Shown one piece after another: positions 7,556 to 16,276 of a stretch of 29,449 bases of DNA (position 1 is the first letter of the stretch; each line of letters starts with the position of its first letter). Location: positions 1 to 29,449 of IMG/VR virus record IMGVR_UViG_3300032373_000082; one strand, 5' to 3'. Source of the DNA: a virus. Its lineage: Duplodnaviria; Caudoviricetes. The translations under genes and the position numbers were made by a program. Under the pieces are notes generated by a model that saw nothing but the letters and a program-made list of their open reading frames with translations, did not search any database and was not told the DNA's origin.

Positions 7556-9178
7556 CTACTCCAGCACAATACCAGTATCAACTTCGATACCAATACCACT
7601 TGATTCCAGTTGATTGACACGCGGCTGACCTTCGCTATCGATCACAAGGCGGATTGTTCCTTCTACTTTTTGTTGCTGTAGAAATTCGTTATAACGACGC
7701 TCAGCATCCAGTGACGCCTGCGCCTCATCATTACCAAAGAACGCCAGCACGCGCGCCACGTTGCGGCCGATTGACTCACCAAGATCAGTGCCCTCAATAA
7801 AATTATCATTAATTGAGGTGCCGACTTGATAACCACCATAGCCCGCAGCAGCAACACCTGTAACTGCAGTGCCCAGCGCACCGGCACCCATCATCTTAAA
7901 GTTTTTTAAATCAACACCGCGCAATAAACCCAGACTTGTCTTAAGTGACATTTGCATTTTTGCTGGCAGATGTTTGAATATTTTACCGCCCGCGTAAAGA
8001 CCACCAGCACCAACAAGCGCCGCTTGCATTGCAGACTCTACACTGCCATCTTTTGTTTTATTGAGCGCATCAACACCAGAGCCAAGCGGATCAGTTAACA
8101 AATCATCCATCACCTCACCCCATGAATTAGATAGCGACTGAAGCGCTGCCGCTGCAGTGTTTGCATTGATAGCAGCACTATTAATCGCGTTTGCGCCGGT
8201 TTCCTGCAGCGCCGCAAGTTCCCGCATTTTTTCTAGATTCCCCTCGATAGACAAGCCCGCAAAAACCTTTATCGCTGTTTCACCAAAAACCGAAGAGAGT
8301 TTTGTCATATCACCCTCCGCAGCCTCAAAGATTTCTGTGATTAATTCTGGCAGCGCCCTTAACTGCCCATCATCAAATATTTTTATTCCCTTAGCGCCCA
8401 GCTTCGCCTGCTTTTCAGGATTATGTAAATCCGCCAGCAGCCCCTTTGTCGCCTCAGATGCCTCAGCCGCAGAACCAACGGCATCAATCACCACTTGCGC
8501 AATTGCACCCATGTCTTTTATTGCCTGCTCACCCGTTCTACCCGCCGCGATATATGGCGCAAAAAGCTTGTTACCTTCTTTTGACAGATCACGAAAGGCA
8601 ACTGACCCTGTTTTGGTTTGCTCAATGAGCGAATCCATAACCGATAACACCCTTTCAGGATCTCGCACGCCCGCCTTATATAAATTCGACAGCACTGCAC
8701 CAACATCGCCACCCTCTGCGTTTGTTGCTCGAATAGCTAAAGCGAGATTTCGAAGATTCTCAGTTGCAAAATCGATGTCACCCGTTCTGGTGATAATCTC
8801 TTCAAAGCCACTCAATATTTTATCGGGATTTAATCTGATGTTTTTGTCATTCGACACATCAAACAGCTCTTGCTTAAACGCCGCGATTTGATCTACCGAG
8901 GCCCGCCCATCTGTCTGCAGTTGAGTTAGCCGCTCTTCAAGATCAACAACACCTTTGCCGCTCATCACAACAGCCGCGCCGGTTAAGTAGCCACCAATAC
9001 TGGAAGACAAACCATTGAAACCAAATGATGCGTTACGTGTTGCGCGCGTTAACCGCCTCATATCACGCTCACCATTGCGCGCCATATTGGTTAATGACTT
9101 ACCATTGGTGCGCGCCTTACGTGCAAGGTTACCTTCCAGGTCTACGGTGACAGCTGATTTTAAATTTCTGCGACCCAC
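7556..9178 (-). CDS. Tail tape measure protein (short, 540 aa)
   Basis: Ala/Gly-rich helical protein between the chaperones and gpN. Confidence 0.9.
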   Translation of the reverse strand: MGRRNLKSAVTVDLEGNLARKARTNGKSLTNMARNGERDMRRLTRATRNASFGFNGLSSSIGGYLTGAAVVMSGKGVVDLEERLTQLQTDGRASVDQIAAFKQELFDVSNDKNIRLNPDKILSGFEEIITRTGDIDFATENLRNLALAIRATNAEGGDVGAVLSNLYKAGVRDPERVLSVMDSLIEQTKTGSVAFRDLSKEGNKLFAPYIAAGRTGEQAIKDMGAIAQVVIDAVGSAAEASEATKGLLADLHNPEKQAKLGAKGIKIFDDGQLRALPELITEIFEAAEGDMTKLSSVFGETAIKVFAGLSIEGNLEKMRELAALQETGANAINSAAINANTAAAALQSLSNSWGEVMDDLLTDPLGSGVDALNKTKDGSVESAMQAALVGAGGLYAGGKIFKHLPAKMQMSLKTSLGLLRGVDLKNFKMMGAGALGTAVTGVAAAGYGGYQVGTSINDNFIEGTDLGESIGRNVARVLAFFGNDEAQASLDAERRYNEFLQQQKVEGTIRLVIDSEGQPRVNQLESSGIGIEVDTGIVLE

Positions 9179-9180
9179 GC

Positions 9181-9321
9181 TTATTCCTTTTTAAGGTAAA
9201 CACACAAACGATTCAGTTGCGGCAATGTCTTGCCGCCAATCTCCGCTTCACTAAAATTAGTGTAAGCAGTCAGTCTGGCGATAGCGCCTTCAATCACTGG
9301 CGCTACCGCCCTCACTTCGCC
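9181..9321 (-). CDS. Frameshift extension of the tail assembly chaperone (G-T type)
   Basis: Overlapping +1/-2 frame, entered at GAG GGG CGA (9325-9317); ends 2 nt before the TMP start. Confidence 0.65.
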   Translation of the reverse strand, partial: GEVRAVAPVIEGAIARLTAYTNFSEAEIGGKTLPQLNRLCVYLKKE

Positions 9322-9673
9322 CCTCGTTTTGCACCTTCTTAACAATGGCCATCGCCTTTTTAAGCTCATCAGCCTTCTTCTGGATTAGCTCGATATCATC
9401 TTCGCCAAGCTTCCCGAGAAGTGAAAGCGGTATCGGGCCTGGCAGATCATCAATTTTCTTTATCCGCCGCCGAAGTAGATGCACACCCAATAACGCATCG
9501 CTACTCACCAGCACAGGTTCGCCATTAAAATCTAATACCAGCTCAGATTCCCGCGCCGCTTCAAGCAAATCGTTTGCGCTCAATTCACCCAGCACCACGT
9601 GCCTGCGGATAATATCCGCACCATCAGCAGAAGTCTTAAGGCCTGCCTTGAGGTCAAACTCAACCGTAGCCAT
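9290..9673 (-). CDS. Tail assembly chaperone (Mu gp41-like)
   Basis: Position between tube and TMP; TAATG overlap gives start MATVEF. Confidence 0.85.
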   Translation of the reverse strand: MATVEFDLKAGLKTSADGADIIRRHVVLGELSANDLLEAARESELVLDFNGEPVLVSSDALLGVHLLRRRIKKIDDLPGPIPLSLLGKLGEDDIELIQKKADELKKAMAIVKKVQNEGRSEGGSASD

Positions 9674-10035
9674 TAACCGATTTCCTCGCACGCCACCGCT
9701 CCAAACTTCAAAGGAACTGTGCCTTCTTTAGCATTTAGCACTGCAGGTTCAGATACCCACGCATCACGCAAGACATATTCGCGCCCCGTATCTGTTTCAA
9801 AAAATACGGTCGCCCCCGTGATATCAGAAAGCTCACGTAGTGATGTGTCTTTTGTGTGCATCACCGTACACTCTAAAGACGGCTCAACCATTTCTTCCTG
9901 AAAACCATGCACCTTTCTACCGCCCGTTTTAGCAGTGCGATTTGCACCACCCGGATTCAACGTGGCGCCATCTTCTGTTTTTAGTTCATCACCATCCAAA
10001 TTAATGGTGGCGCTACCTGTTATTTTTTTACTCAC
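9673..10035 (-). CDS. Tail tube protein (Mu gpM-like)
   Basis: 120 aa, follows the sheath; GATLNPGG..R motif. Confidence 0.9.
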   Translation of the reverse strand: MSKKITGSATINLDGDELKTEDGATLNPGGANRTAKTGGRKVHGFQEEMVEPSLECTVMHTKDTSLRELSDITGATVFFETDTGREYVLRDAWVSEPAVLNAKEGTVPLKFGAVACEEIG

Positions 10036-10050
10036 GATTCACCCCACCCT

Positions 10051-11517
10051 TTACTTTTTAAACTGCGTTTGTTGCGCATGCACGCGGTACTGACCCACCA
10101 ACCATGGTGAATCCTGAATGCTTAAGCGATTACGATCACCACCACCCGAACCATTGCCAACGTATGCCAGTATCGAAGCCGCATAGCTCTCGTAGTCTTG
10201 CACCCACCCCAGATCTTCCATGGCGCGATACAGCGCCAACAGCTCAGCTCTGGCGAGCTTTGGCTGCATGGTTGCACCACTCACCCGCGCGCTATCTTCT
10301 GCAAGCTTATGGCGTGGAAATTTAGAGGCGAAGACAGCGCGCTGCATAAAGCGGATGCGCTCTAGTGTCTCTGGTGTGTTGATATCCAGGTAACTGTCAT
10401 CCGCCAGCGCGGCACTATTGACCTGATACATGGTGATTTGGCGCTCGATGTAGACCGCGCCATCTGGCCCTACCTTGTAGCTTGCTACACCATCAAACAG
10501 CAGCAGATTACGCTCGCTGTCTACCCAGCGGGTTTCGATTGCCGGAGCCATCAACCCGGTTAATTTAAGGCTTTGCAGTGGCCTTGCTGGATCAATACCG
10601 AGCGCCGCGCCAGCCACCACGGCATTCACCGCCGCCCAAATGTAAGCTGGCTGCGGCGCGGTGTTGGTGCCCATGCAGGTGACGTGCGGATTGTTTCGAC
10701 CATCGCCATGGCTTGTTGTTGCCGCATGATTACCTCTAAAGGCAGTGAAAGCACGCGCGCCTTTCTGCACAGTCGGCCCCCAACGAAGATCTAGCTCCGC
10801 TTCAAGCGCCACCAGATTGGCCGTGTCATTAAATGGGTTTACGATCCAGTTCCACCACTCATCACCAAGCGCCGCAATGGCGGTGGTGATATCAGGATTT
10901 GTTGTACCACCCGCCATCGGCACAATCGCCACCGCAATACCGGCTGGTGTTTGCTCGCCATAATAGTTAAGGCGCACATCGATATCGTTACCTGTTTCAC
11001 CATTCCAGCGGGTGGTCAATGTGACCACACCAACCGCATTAGCCGCCGTAACGGGTAGTGATGTGTCTGCAGTAACCGCTGTGACAATAGCCGTTGCCAC
11101 CGCTGTAACGTCATCACCCAATGTAACGGGCACCTGAACCTGCCTGCCCGCCACATACAACGCAAGCGTGCCGGTTTCAGTGACCGCACCCGTGATGGTG
11201 ATGGTGCCAGCTGCCGCAGTGCCCGCGCCATTTTCATCTAACGCCACCGCCCAGACATCCATATACTGATTAGCCGCCCTGCCTGCCTTTAGCTGCTCAG
11301 CCAGCATTGAGCCGCGACCAAAATAATCCTCAGCCTGCGCAACCGATGTGACGCGCGTTGGCACACCCTCAAGCACGGTGCCCGTTGCCAGGCGCTGACC
11401 AATCATCAGCAGCTTTTGCGATGTGGTGGCGTTATTGGCAAGCGAGTTATTAAACTCAACATACCACCCCGGCAAACGAAGTGACGCGGGTATTGCATCA
11501 AAACTGATCTCGTTCAT
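10051..11517 (-). CDS. Contractile tail sheath protein (Mu gpL-like)
   Basis: IP..LR.PG.YVEF, FG.GSMLA, DPARPLQ and ERN.LL.DG motifs. Confidence 0.96.
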   Translation of the reverse strand: MNEISFDAIPASLRLPGWYVEFNNSLANNATTSQKLLMIGQRLATGTVLEGVPTRVTSVAQAEDYFGRGSMLAEQLKAGRAANQYMDVWAVALDENGAGTAAAGTITITGAVTETGTLALYVAGRQVQVPVTLGDDVTAVATAIVTAVTADTSLPVTAANAVGVVTLTTRWNGETGNDIDVRLNYYGEQTPAGIAVAIVPMAGGTTNPDITTAIAALGDEWWNWIVNPFNDTANLVALEAELDLRWGPTVQKGARAFTAFRGNHAATTSHGDGRNNPHVTCMGTNTAPQPAYIWAAVNAVVAGAALGIDPARPLQSLKLTGLMAPAIETRWVDSERNLLLFDGVASYKVGPDGAVYIERQITMYQVNSAALADDSYLDINTPETLERIRFMQRAVFASKFPRHKLAEDSARVSGATMQPKLARAELLALYRAMEDLGWVQDYESYAASILAYVGNGSGGGDRNRLSIQDSPWLVGQYRVHAQQTQFKK

Positions 11518-11714
11518 TGCTGTTTTTCTCCTTTAACTGGCGCTTTAGCGGTTTCAGCGGCTGCGTTTTTCTCAACAACACTGCCGTCATTGATGCGGCG
11601 TACCCAATAAGGTGTACGCGGCACTTCTGTGTATTTTTGAGGTAAAAACTTTTTCGCTTCACCCTCTAAATGCACTTTGCTGCCGGGCACCGCCGGTTTA
11701 ATTGTTAAGCTCAT
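11514..11714 (-). CDS. Small protein, Mu gp38 / DUF2635-like
   Basis: VP..PYWVRRINDGSV motif, immediately upstream of the sheath; start MSLTIKP. Confidence 0.8.
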   Translation of the reverse strand: MSLTIKPAVPGSKVHLEGEAKKFLPQKYTEVPRTPYWVRRINDGSVVEKNAAAETAKAPVKGEKQQ

Positions 11715-11721
11715 CTCTGCG

Positions 11722-12279
11722 TCACCCCTTTGGTTGTTCAGGTAAATTGATTGAATCGCCAGACGATGGTTCGTTACCATCCGCCAGCACATGATTAATA
11801 TCGATACTGCTTAAGTCACCGACCGTTATCTGCGAAACCGGCACGCCATCCGCCGGATCTGCTAACCACTCTGTTTCACCCAGTGTTATGCCGATGCGAT
11901 ATTCAACCGACCACACGTGGTAACCATCAAGCTCAGCTTTAAAGTCATCCGGGCCGACAGCGAATATGTCCGCGCCCTTTTCGACCGATAGCCCAAAATC
12001 ATCTTCTTGCGTTATCGCTACCGCCACGGCCGTTGCAAGCTTTATAACTTCAAGACTAGAATTTGCTTCTATCCGGTCGTAAATGCAAAATGTCTTAAGG
12101 CGCACCCAGCAATCGAAGGTTTCATTGCCAAAATCACCGGGATCAATATCATCGATCTCTGTTAGCAACGCAGGCAGCGCAATGCTTTTTTCAAGCTTTG
12201 GATATGCCTCACATACAGCCAGACCAGGAATATCTGTATTAAGCCGCGCGACAATTGCATTAAGCAGCTCATCAAGCAT
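11722..12279 (-). CDS. Tail terminator / completion protein
   Basis: Acidic protein; synteny between the gpZ-like gene and gp38/sheath. Confidence 0.7.
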   Translation of the reverse strand: MLDELLNAIVARLNTDIPGLAVCEAYPKLEKSIALPALLTEIDDIDPGDFGNETFDCWVRLKTFCIYDRIEANSSLEVIKLATAVAVAITQEDDFGLSVEKGADIFAVGPDDFKAELDGYHVWSVEYRIGITLGETEWLADPADGVPVSQITVGDLSSIDINHVLADGNEPSSGDSINLPEQPKG

Positions 12280-12844
12280 TTTTAATCACAACCTCATATT
12301 TGATTTCCTGCACGAATGTTTTTTGAAAGCGCTCATGCACCTTGTCGAACCACTCATCAACTAACCGCCGGTTTTCGCCGCTGTCTAAATCCAGCTCGAC
12401 CTTTTCAATTGGCTCGCGTTTTTTTCCTTCGTAGCGACCCTTTGTCATTTTTCGCGGATCATCGCCAGTGCGCGCGAAAACAGTTAAATTATTCTGGCCC
12501 GGCGGTTTTGCCAGAAACGCATCACCAAACAGATGCCTGCCAGCTCGCACACCACCGCGCTTTAATTGCCTGGCCTTACCAAGCCGATTGGCACTTAACG
12601 GCTCCAGGCCAACCCATATGCGCCCCGAAGGATCGCGGCGCGATGCTTTGTAAAGCTTTACACGCTGGCGAATCACTTTAAGCACCACGCGCGCTTCTGC
12701 GCCTAATGCTCGTATTAACCTGCCACGCGCCCAACGCAACGATTTATTTAATGCTCGAATTCTAGCCACATCAATCTGCCGCATCGTCGCGCCAAATTCT
12801 TGCGCAACTAATTCGACTTCATCGGTGTTGACCAGTAAGCGCAT
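12272..12844 (-). CDS. Lambda gpZ-like minor tail / neck protein
   Basis: Very basic; RALNK, GV.AGRH.F..AF and VF.R motifs. Confidence 0.8.
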   Translation of the reverse strand: MRLLVNTDEVELVAQEFGATMRQIDVARIRALNKSLRWARGRLIRALGAEARVVLKVIRQRVKLYKASRRDPSGRIWVGLEPLSANRLGKARQLKRGGVRAGRHLFGDAFLAKPPGQNNLTVFARTGDDPRKMTKGRYEGKKREPIEKVELDLDSGENRRLVDEWFDKVHERFQKTFVQEIKYEVVIKNA

Positions 12845-13131
12845 TACTTTTCAAACCCCACGCCGATCGCTGATAAGATTAGCGAGCCAACAATTGCCGC
12901 GCCCAGGAACGCCTTCCAAAAGAGTGATCGCGCGGCACGATATGCCTCCGCCAGGTCTTGCAGGCTATGGATATCTTCAGCTTTGAATGACCGCAGGTTA
13001 GCGTGGTCAACATAATGCTGCTCCGCGTCAATCCAGAAGTTTTTCTTCTGCTCGTCCAGCGAATTATCAAAAATCGCTTTAACCTGCTTTAGATCCGCCT
13101 CCGATAATGTACCCTTAGATTCCCCAGCCAC
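12844..13131 (-). CDS. Small membrane protein, possible holin
   Basis: Single C-terminal TM helix (AFLGAAIVGSLILSAIGV), HYxDH motif. Confidence 0.55.
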   Translation of the reverse strand: MAGESKGTLSEADLKQVKAIFDNSLDEQKKNFWIDAEQHYVDHANLRSFKAEDIHSLQDLAEAYRAARSLFWKAFLGAAIVGSLILSAIGVGFEK

Positions 13132-13146
13132 CCACCACCCCCTTAG

Positions 13147-13458
13147 CTAAATTGCGCGCAATATCATGATCACCATACTGCGATGATCCTGATACGGGCC
13201 CTTTTTAATAACCGCGAATGACTCTTCGCCTTGCACCGTTGTAACAACCAGTGAACTGCCCTCTACTGCCGCCGCCAGATCAGACTCGCGCCCAACAAAG
13301 AATGGCTCTTCCAGGTTGGTTGGCAAACGCCCGATATCAGGCTGGCTCCACGGTGTTTGCAGGTAGCCTTTTAGTGGCGCACCATCTAGCAACGCCGCAT
13401 CGCCCAGCTTATTAATAAGCCGGGCATCGATGCGATTGAGTGTTTTAGTGAAGTTCAC
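13147..13458 (-). CDS. Head-tail joining protein (gpFII-like)
   Basis: About 100 aa, beta-rich; synteny. Confidence 0.7.
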   Translation of the reverse strand: MNFTKTLNRIDARLINKLGDAALLDGAPLKGYLQTPWSQPDIGRLPTNLEEPFFVGRESDLAAAVEGSSLVVTTVQGEESFAVIKKGPYQDHRSMVIMILRAI

Positions 13459-13467
13459 AGTGACTGG

Positions 13468-13845
13468 CTAGTTATATTTCTTTTCGCCGATCATGGAGAC
13501 CGAACGAGCAAAGCCAATGCCAGTGCCAGCTGTTGTTTCGCGCTTACGCACGAAAGCCTTTAGCCTTGCTGTGCTGATTGTCAACGTCTGGAATGCCGCA
13601 GCCGCATTAGTGACCTGAGTAAACGCACCACCCACCACGTTAACCCAATCGGTTACGCCGTCATCGCTATGCTGGATCACAACATCGTTTGTATTATCAG
13701 CACCCGCACCCGCTGAACTATCATGGGTGAACTTAAGATCACCTTCATAATCGCGAATATTAAGTGCCGCACCATCAACAGTAGCTGCTGCCGTGATATC
13801 AACGGCGGGCGCTAGCGATACATGCTGAATGTTTTTTGCCTTCAT
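13468..13845 (-). CDS. Probable capsid cement / decoration protein
   Basis: Beta-sandwich-like with V.IQHSDDG..W motif; downstream of the capsid gene. Confidence 0.6.
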   Translation of the reverse strand: MKAKNIQHVSLAPAVDITAAATVDGAALNIRDYEGDLKFTHDSSAGAGADNTNDVVIQHSDDGVTDWVNVVGGAFTQVTNAAAAFQTLTISTARLKAFVRKRETTAGTGIGFARSVSMIGEKKYN

Positions 13846-13866
13846 GATTAATTACCTTTAATTAAG

Positions 13867-13888
13867 GCCGCCCGCCAAAGCGGGCAGC
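13867..13888 (-). terminator. GC-rich stem-loop (weak terminator or mRNA stabiliser)
   Basis: GCTGCCCGC-TTTG-GCGGGCGGC with a poor U tract. Confidence 0.5.
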
Positions 13889-13896
13889 GTTATTGG

Positions 13897-14304
13897 TTAC
13901 TTGCCAGCTTTTTCTTTACCTTTGGGTGCCGACTCAGCTTTAGCCACCGCATCTTCACGCGCTGTGACTGCCGCCTCACGCTCTGCCAGCTCCTGCCCTA
14001 CTACGCACACAGCCATTTCACGATCTGCCAGCGCCTCTTCACGCTCTGTCAGCGCCCGCAGTTTCGCTGCGATAGCTTCAGCCTGTTCCAGCGCTTTGGC
14101 TTCTTGAGAAATCAGAGCTTCAGCTGCCGCCTCTTCGTCTGCAGGTGACAGCGCGGGTTTGGCCTTTTTAACGCGTACCAGCTCTTTGGCATCTGAGTGA
14201 CTGATGTGCTCACCAACAATCAACAGCTCATCGCTAGCCTCAACAGGCTTGCCAGCGATGGCGGTGTCTTTGGTGATGATGATTGCCGTTATATTTTCAG
14301 TCAT
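13897..14304 (-). CDS. Capsid-associated hypothetical protein with C-terminal coiled coil (gpFI-like position)
   Basis: Follows the capsid gene; repeated L.ERE.A heptads. Confidence 0.7.
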   Translation of the reverse strand: MTENITAIIITKDTAIAGKPVEASDELLIVGEHISHSDAKELVRVKKAKPALSPADEEAAAEALISQEAKALEQAEAIAAKLRALTEREEALADREMAVCVVGQELAEREAAVTAREDAVAKAESAPKGKEKAGK

Positions 14305-14314
14305 CGCGCACCGC

Positions 14315-16276
14315 CTAACCGTTCATGCTGAATGATTCAGCATGACCGACGCCCACATCAACATCCTGAAAGACGCGCATCACCAAACCACCGCTAGCGA
14401 CCTTAGTGGATACATCAGGGTTAATTTCGACCACACCCCACATACCTACGATAATGTCGGCCCAGTTTCCAAAGAGAATGCGCGCTGCAGCAAGCTGGCT
14501 TGAGGTAAGCACCTGATGCCCGTTCGCTTCATTGCCCTCATAGACAAAGCGACCAGAGCCTGCATCTTTAGCTCTAACCTTCATATTGCCGCGCACCGTT
14601 GGCGTTGAGATGTAAGCAAGCGAACCTTGCAGGGCATCATCAGCCGCTACCTTAGTTTCAAAGCCCACTGTTTCTGCCCAGGTAGGATCACCAGCAGCCG
14701 CAACCGTTTGCACATTAATACCGGTCATATTGGTAACGCCTAACGGCTGACCTTCAACGCCAGTGCCTTGGAAGATACCAAGATCAATCGCCAGCGCAGA
14801 ACCTCTCAACATGGCGTTTTGCACTAACATTTCTGCATTAGGTGATGACTGCTTAATAAACCCGCGAGACAACGGCACTGCGCCCGCAATGATCTTAGGC
14901 GACATCTTAATGCTACCGTTCGAACCTTCGCTTTCCTGCGGCTCTGCGTCGTCCTCTATCCAATGAAACGTAGGCGTTAGCAGTTCACGCGGAATAGACA
15001 GATTTCCCGTTAGGCCGTCTAGCACCGTGACACCCGCTTGCATAGCGACTGAGTTGGGGCGGAGCGCCTCAATGTACATGTCTGCCATGTGGTGCTCAGG
15101 AATAAGATCCGCGCCATTAGAGATACCCATGGTGCGCTGCATCGCCAGTGAATTTTGCAATGAAGAACGAATCATCACGTCAAGCGGCACAAAGAATCCT
15201 TTTGCGTCACGATCGAGACGACCCTGAATTTCACGCGAACATTCCATCTCGAAGGCCGCGTCTTTCATTGCGCCCATGTTGCCCTCTTTGGCCGCCATGA
15301 TTGCGCGAATAGCCTTAAGCACGCTGTACTGCTTTAATTCACGCTCACCTAGACCAAGACTACCCGCCTGCTCACCAGCGCCAACCGAAGCCTGCTCTGG
15401 CAGCTGATCAACAACATGCAGACGAAGCTGCTCTGCTGTTTTGCCTTCACTGATAAAACGCTGCACTGTTTCACCATCGACATAATTAGCAAAGCGAGTT
15501 GCTGCTTTATTGATATCCGCAATACGCTTACGCTCATCATCTCGCGCTTGACTCTGCGCGGTTTCGATTTGCACCGCTGATGGTTGCCCAGTATCTGCGC
15601 CACGGGACTGTGGCGCGGCTGGCGTTTCATTTTCCACTGTTTCATCTGGCATTTCACGTTCCTCTTCATTAAGTAATATTTCAAACTTTTCGCCAACCGC
15701 GCGGCCGACTCCTACACTGATATCAGCTGGCACTGTTACCAGACTGATTTCGTACGGCTCCCAATCGGTTACGAGCCACACATCCGGGCCATCATCACGG
15801 CGCTCTTGCAGCACCATTTCATGAGGGAAATAACCGAACGAAACATGCAGTAGCACGCCGTCTTGCACGTCTCTGAATTTTTCGCTCGCAAGCTCCGAAT
15901 TACCAAAACGCACCATAGCCTTGCCACGGCGCTGCTCGATGCGCACATCCTCAATCACACCAAGATGCTGATCAAAGTCATGATTGAATAACAACGCACC
16001 GCCAGCGAGTAGCCGCTGCAGACGTACCGCAGCAAGCGAATGATCAAGCTTTTCGATGCCGTACCAGCGGTCTACATCCTCAGTCTCTGATGAGAAAGTT
16101 AGCTCTACGGTGCGCGCTTCAACATCGATTGCATCGCGATTGAATGTGACGCCTCGATACTGCGCACCCGTATCAATTTGCACTGAAGCGCCAACCGCAA
16201 CACCTTGCAGCTCACGCTGCAATTGATCACGCGGCTTGCTTGGTTTCTTCTTTGTCTTTGCCGTTGCCGTCGCCAT
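14315..16276 (-). CDS. Fused prohead protease - HK97-fold major capsid protein
   Basis: Protease motifs LLFNHD, VSFGY, WEPYEISLVTVPAD; capsid motifs G.G..GQPLG and FGNW; SD GAGGAAGG before ATG 16276. Confidence 0.93.
   Translation of the reverse strand: MATATAKTKKKPSKPRDQLQRELQGVAVGASVQIDTGAQYRGVTFNRDAIDVEARTVELTFSSETEDVDRWYGIEKLDHSLAAVRLQRLLAGGALLFNHDFDQHLGVIEDVRIEQRRGKAMVRFGNSELASEKFRDVQDGVLLHVSFGYFPHEMVLQERRDDGPDVWLVTDWEPYEISLVTVPADISVGVGRAVGEKFEILLNEEEREMPDETVENETPAAPQSRGADTGQPSAVQIETAQSQARDDERKRIADINKAATRFANYVDGETVQRFISEGKTAEQLRLHVVDQLPEQASVGAGEQAGSLGLGERELKQYSVLKAIRAIMAAKEGNMGAMKDAAFEMECSREIQGRLDRDAKGFFVPLDVMIRSSLQNSLAMQRTMGISNGADLIPEHHMADMYIEALRPNSVAMQAGVTVLDGLTGNLSIPRELLTPTFHWIEDDAEPQESEGSNGSIKMSPKIIAGAVPLSRGFIKQSSPNAEMLVQNAMLRGSALAIDLGIFQGTGVEGQPLGVTNMTGINVQTVAAAGDPTWAETVGFETKVAADDALQGSLAYISTPTVRGNMKVRAKDAGSGRFVYEGNEANGHQVLTSSQLAAARILFGNWADIIVGMWGVVEINPDVSTKVASGGLVMRVFQDVDVGVGHAESFSMNG

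Noticed and set aside
8157-8891. 244-aa plus-strand ORF with a lipoprotein-like N-terminus
   Set aside because: Antisense shadow of the tape measure gene; no SD, and its Ser/Ala/Ile-rich composition is typical of reverse frames
2754-11517. Tailocin or contractile injection system
   Set aside because: Head, terminase, cos, replication and immunity genes are all present, so this is a prophage tail
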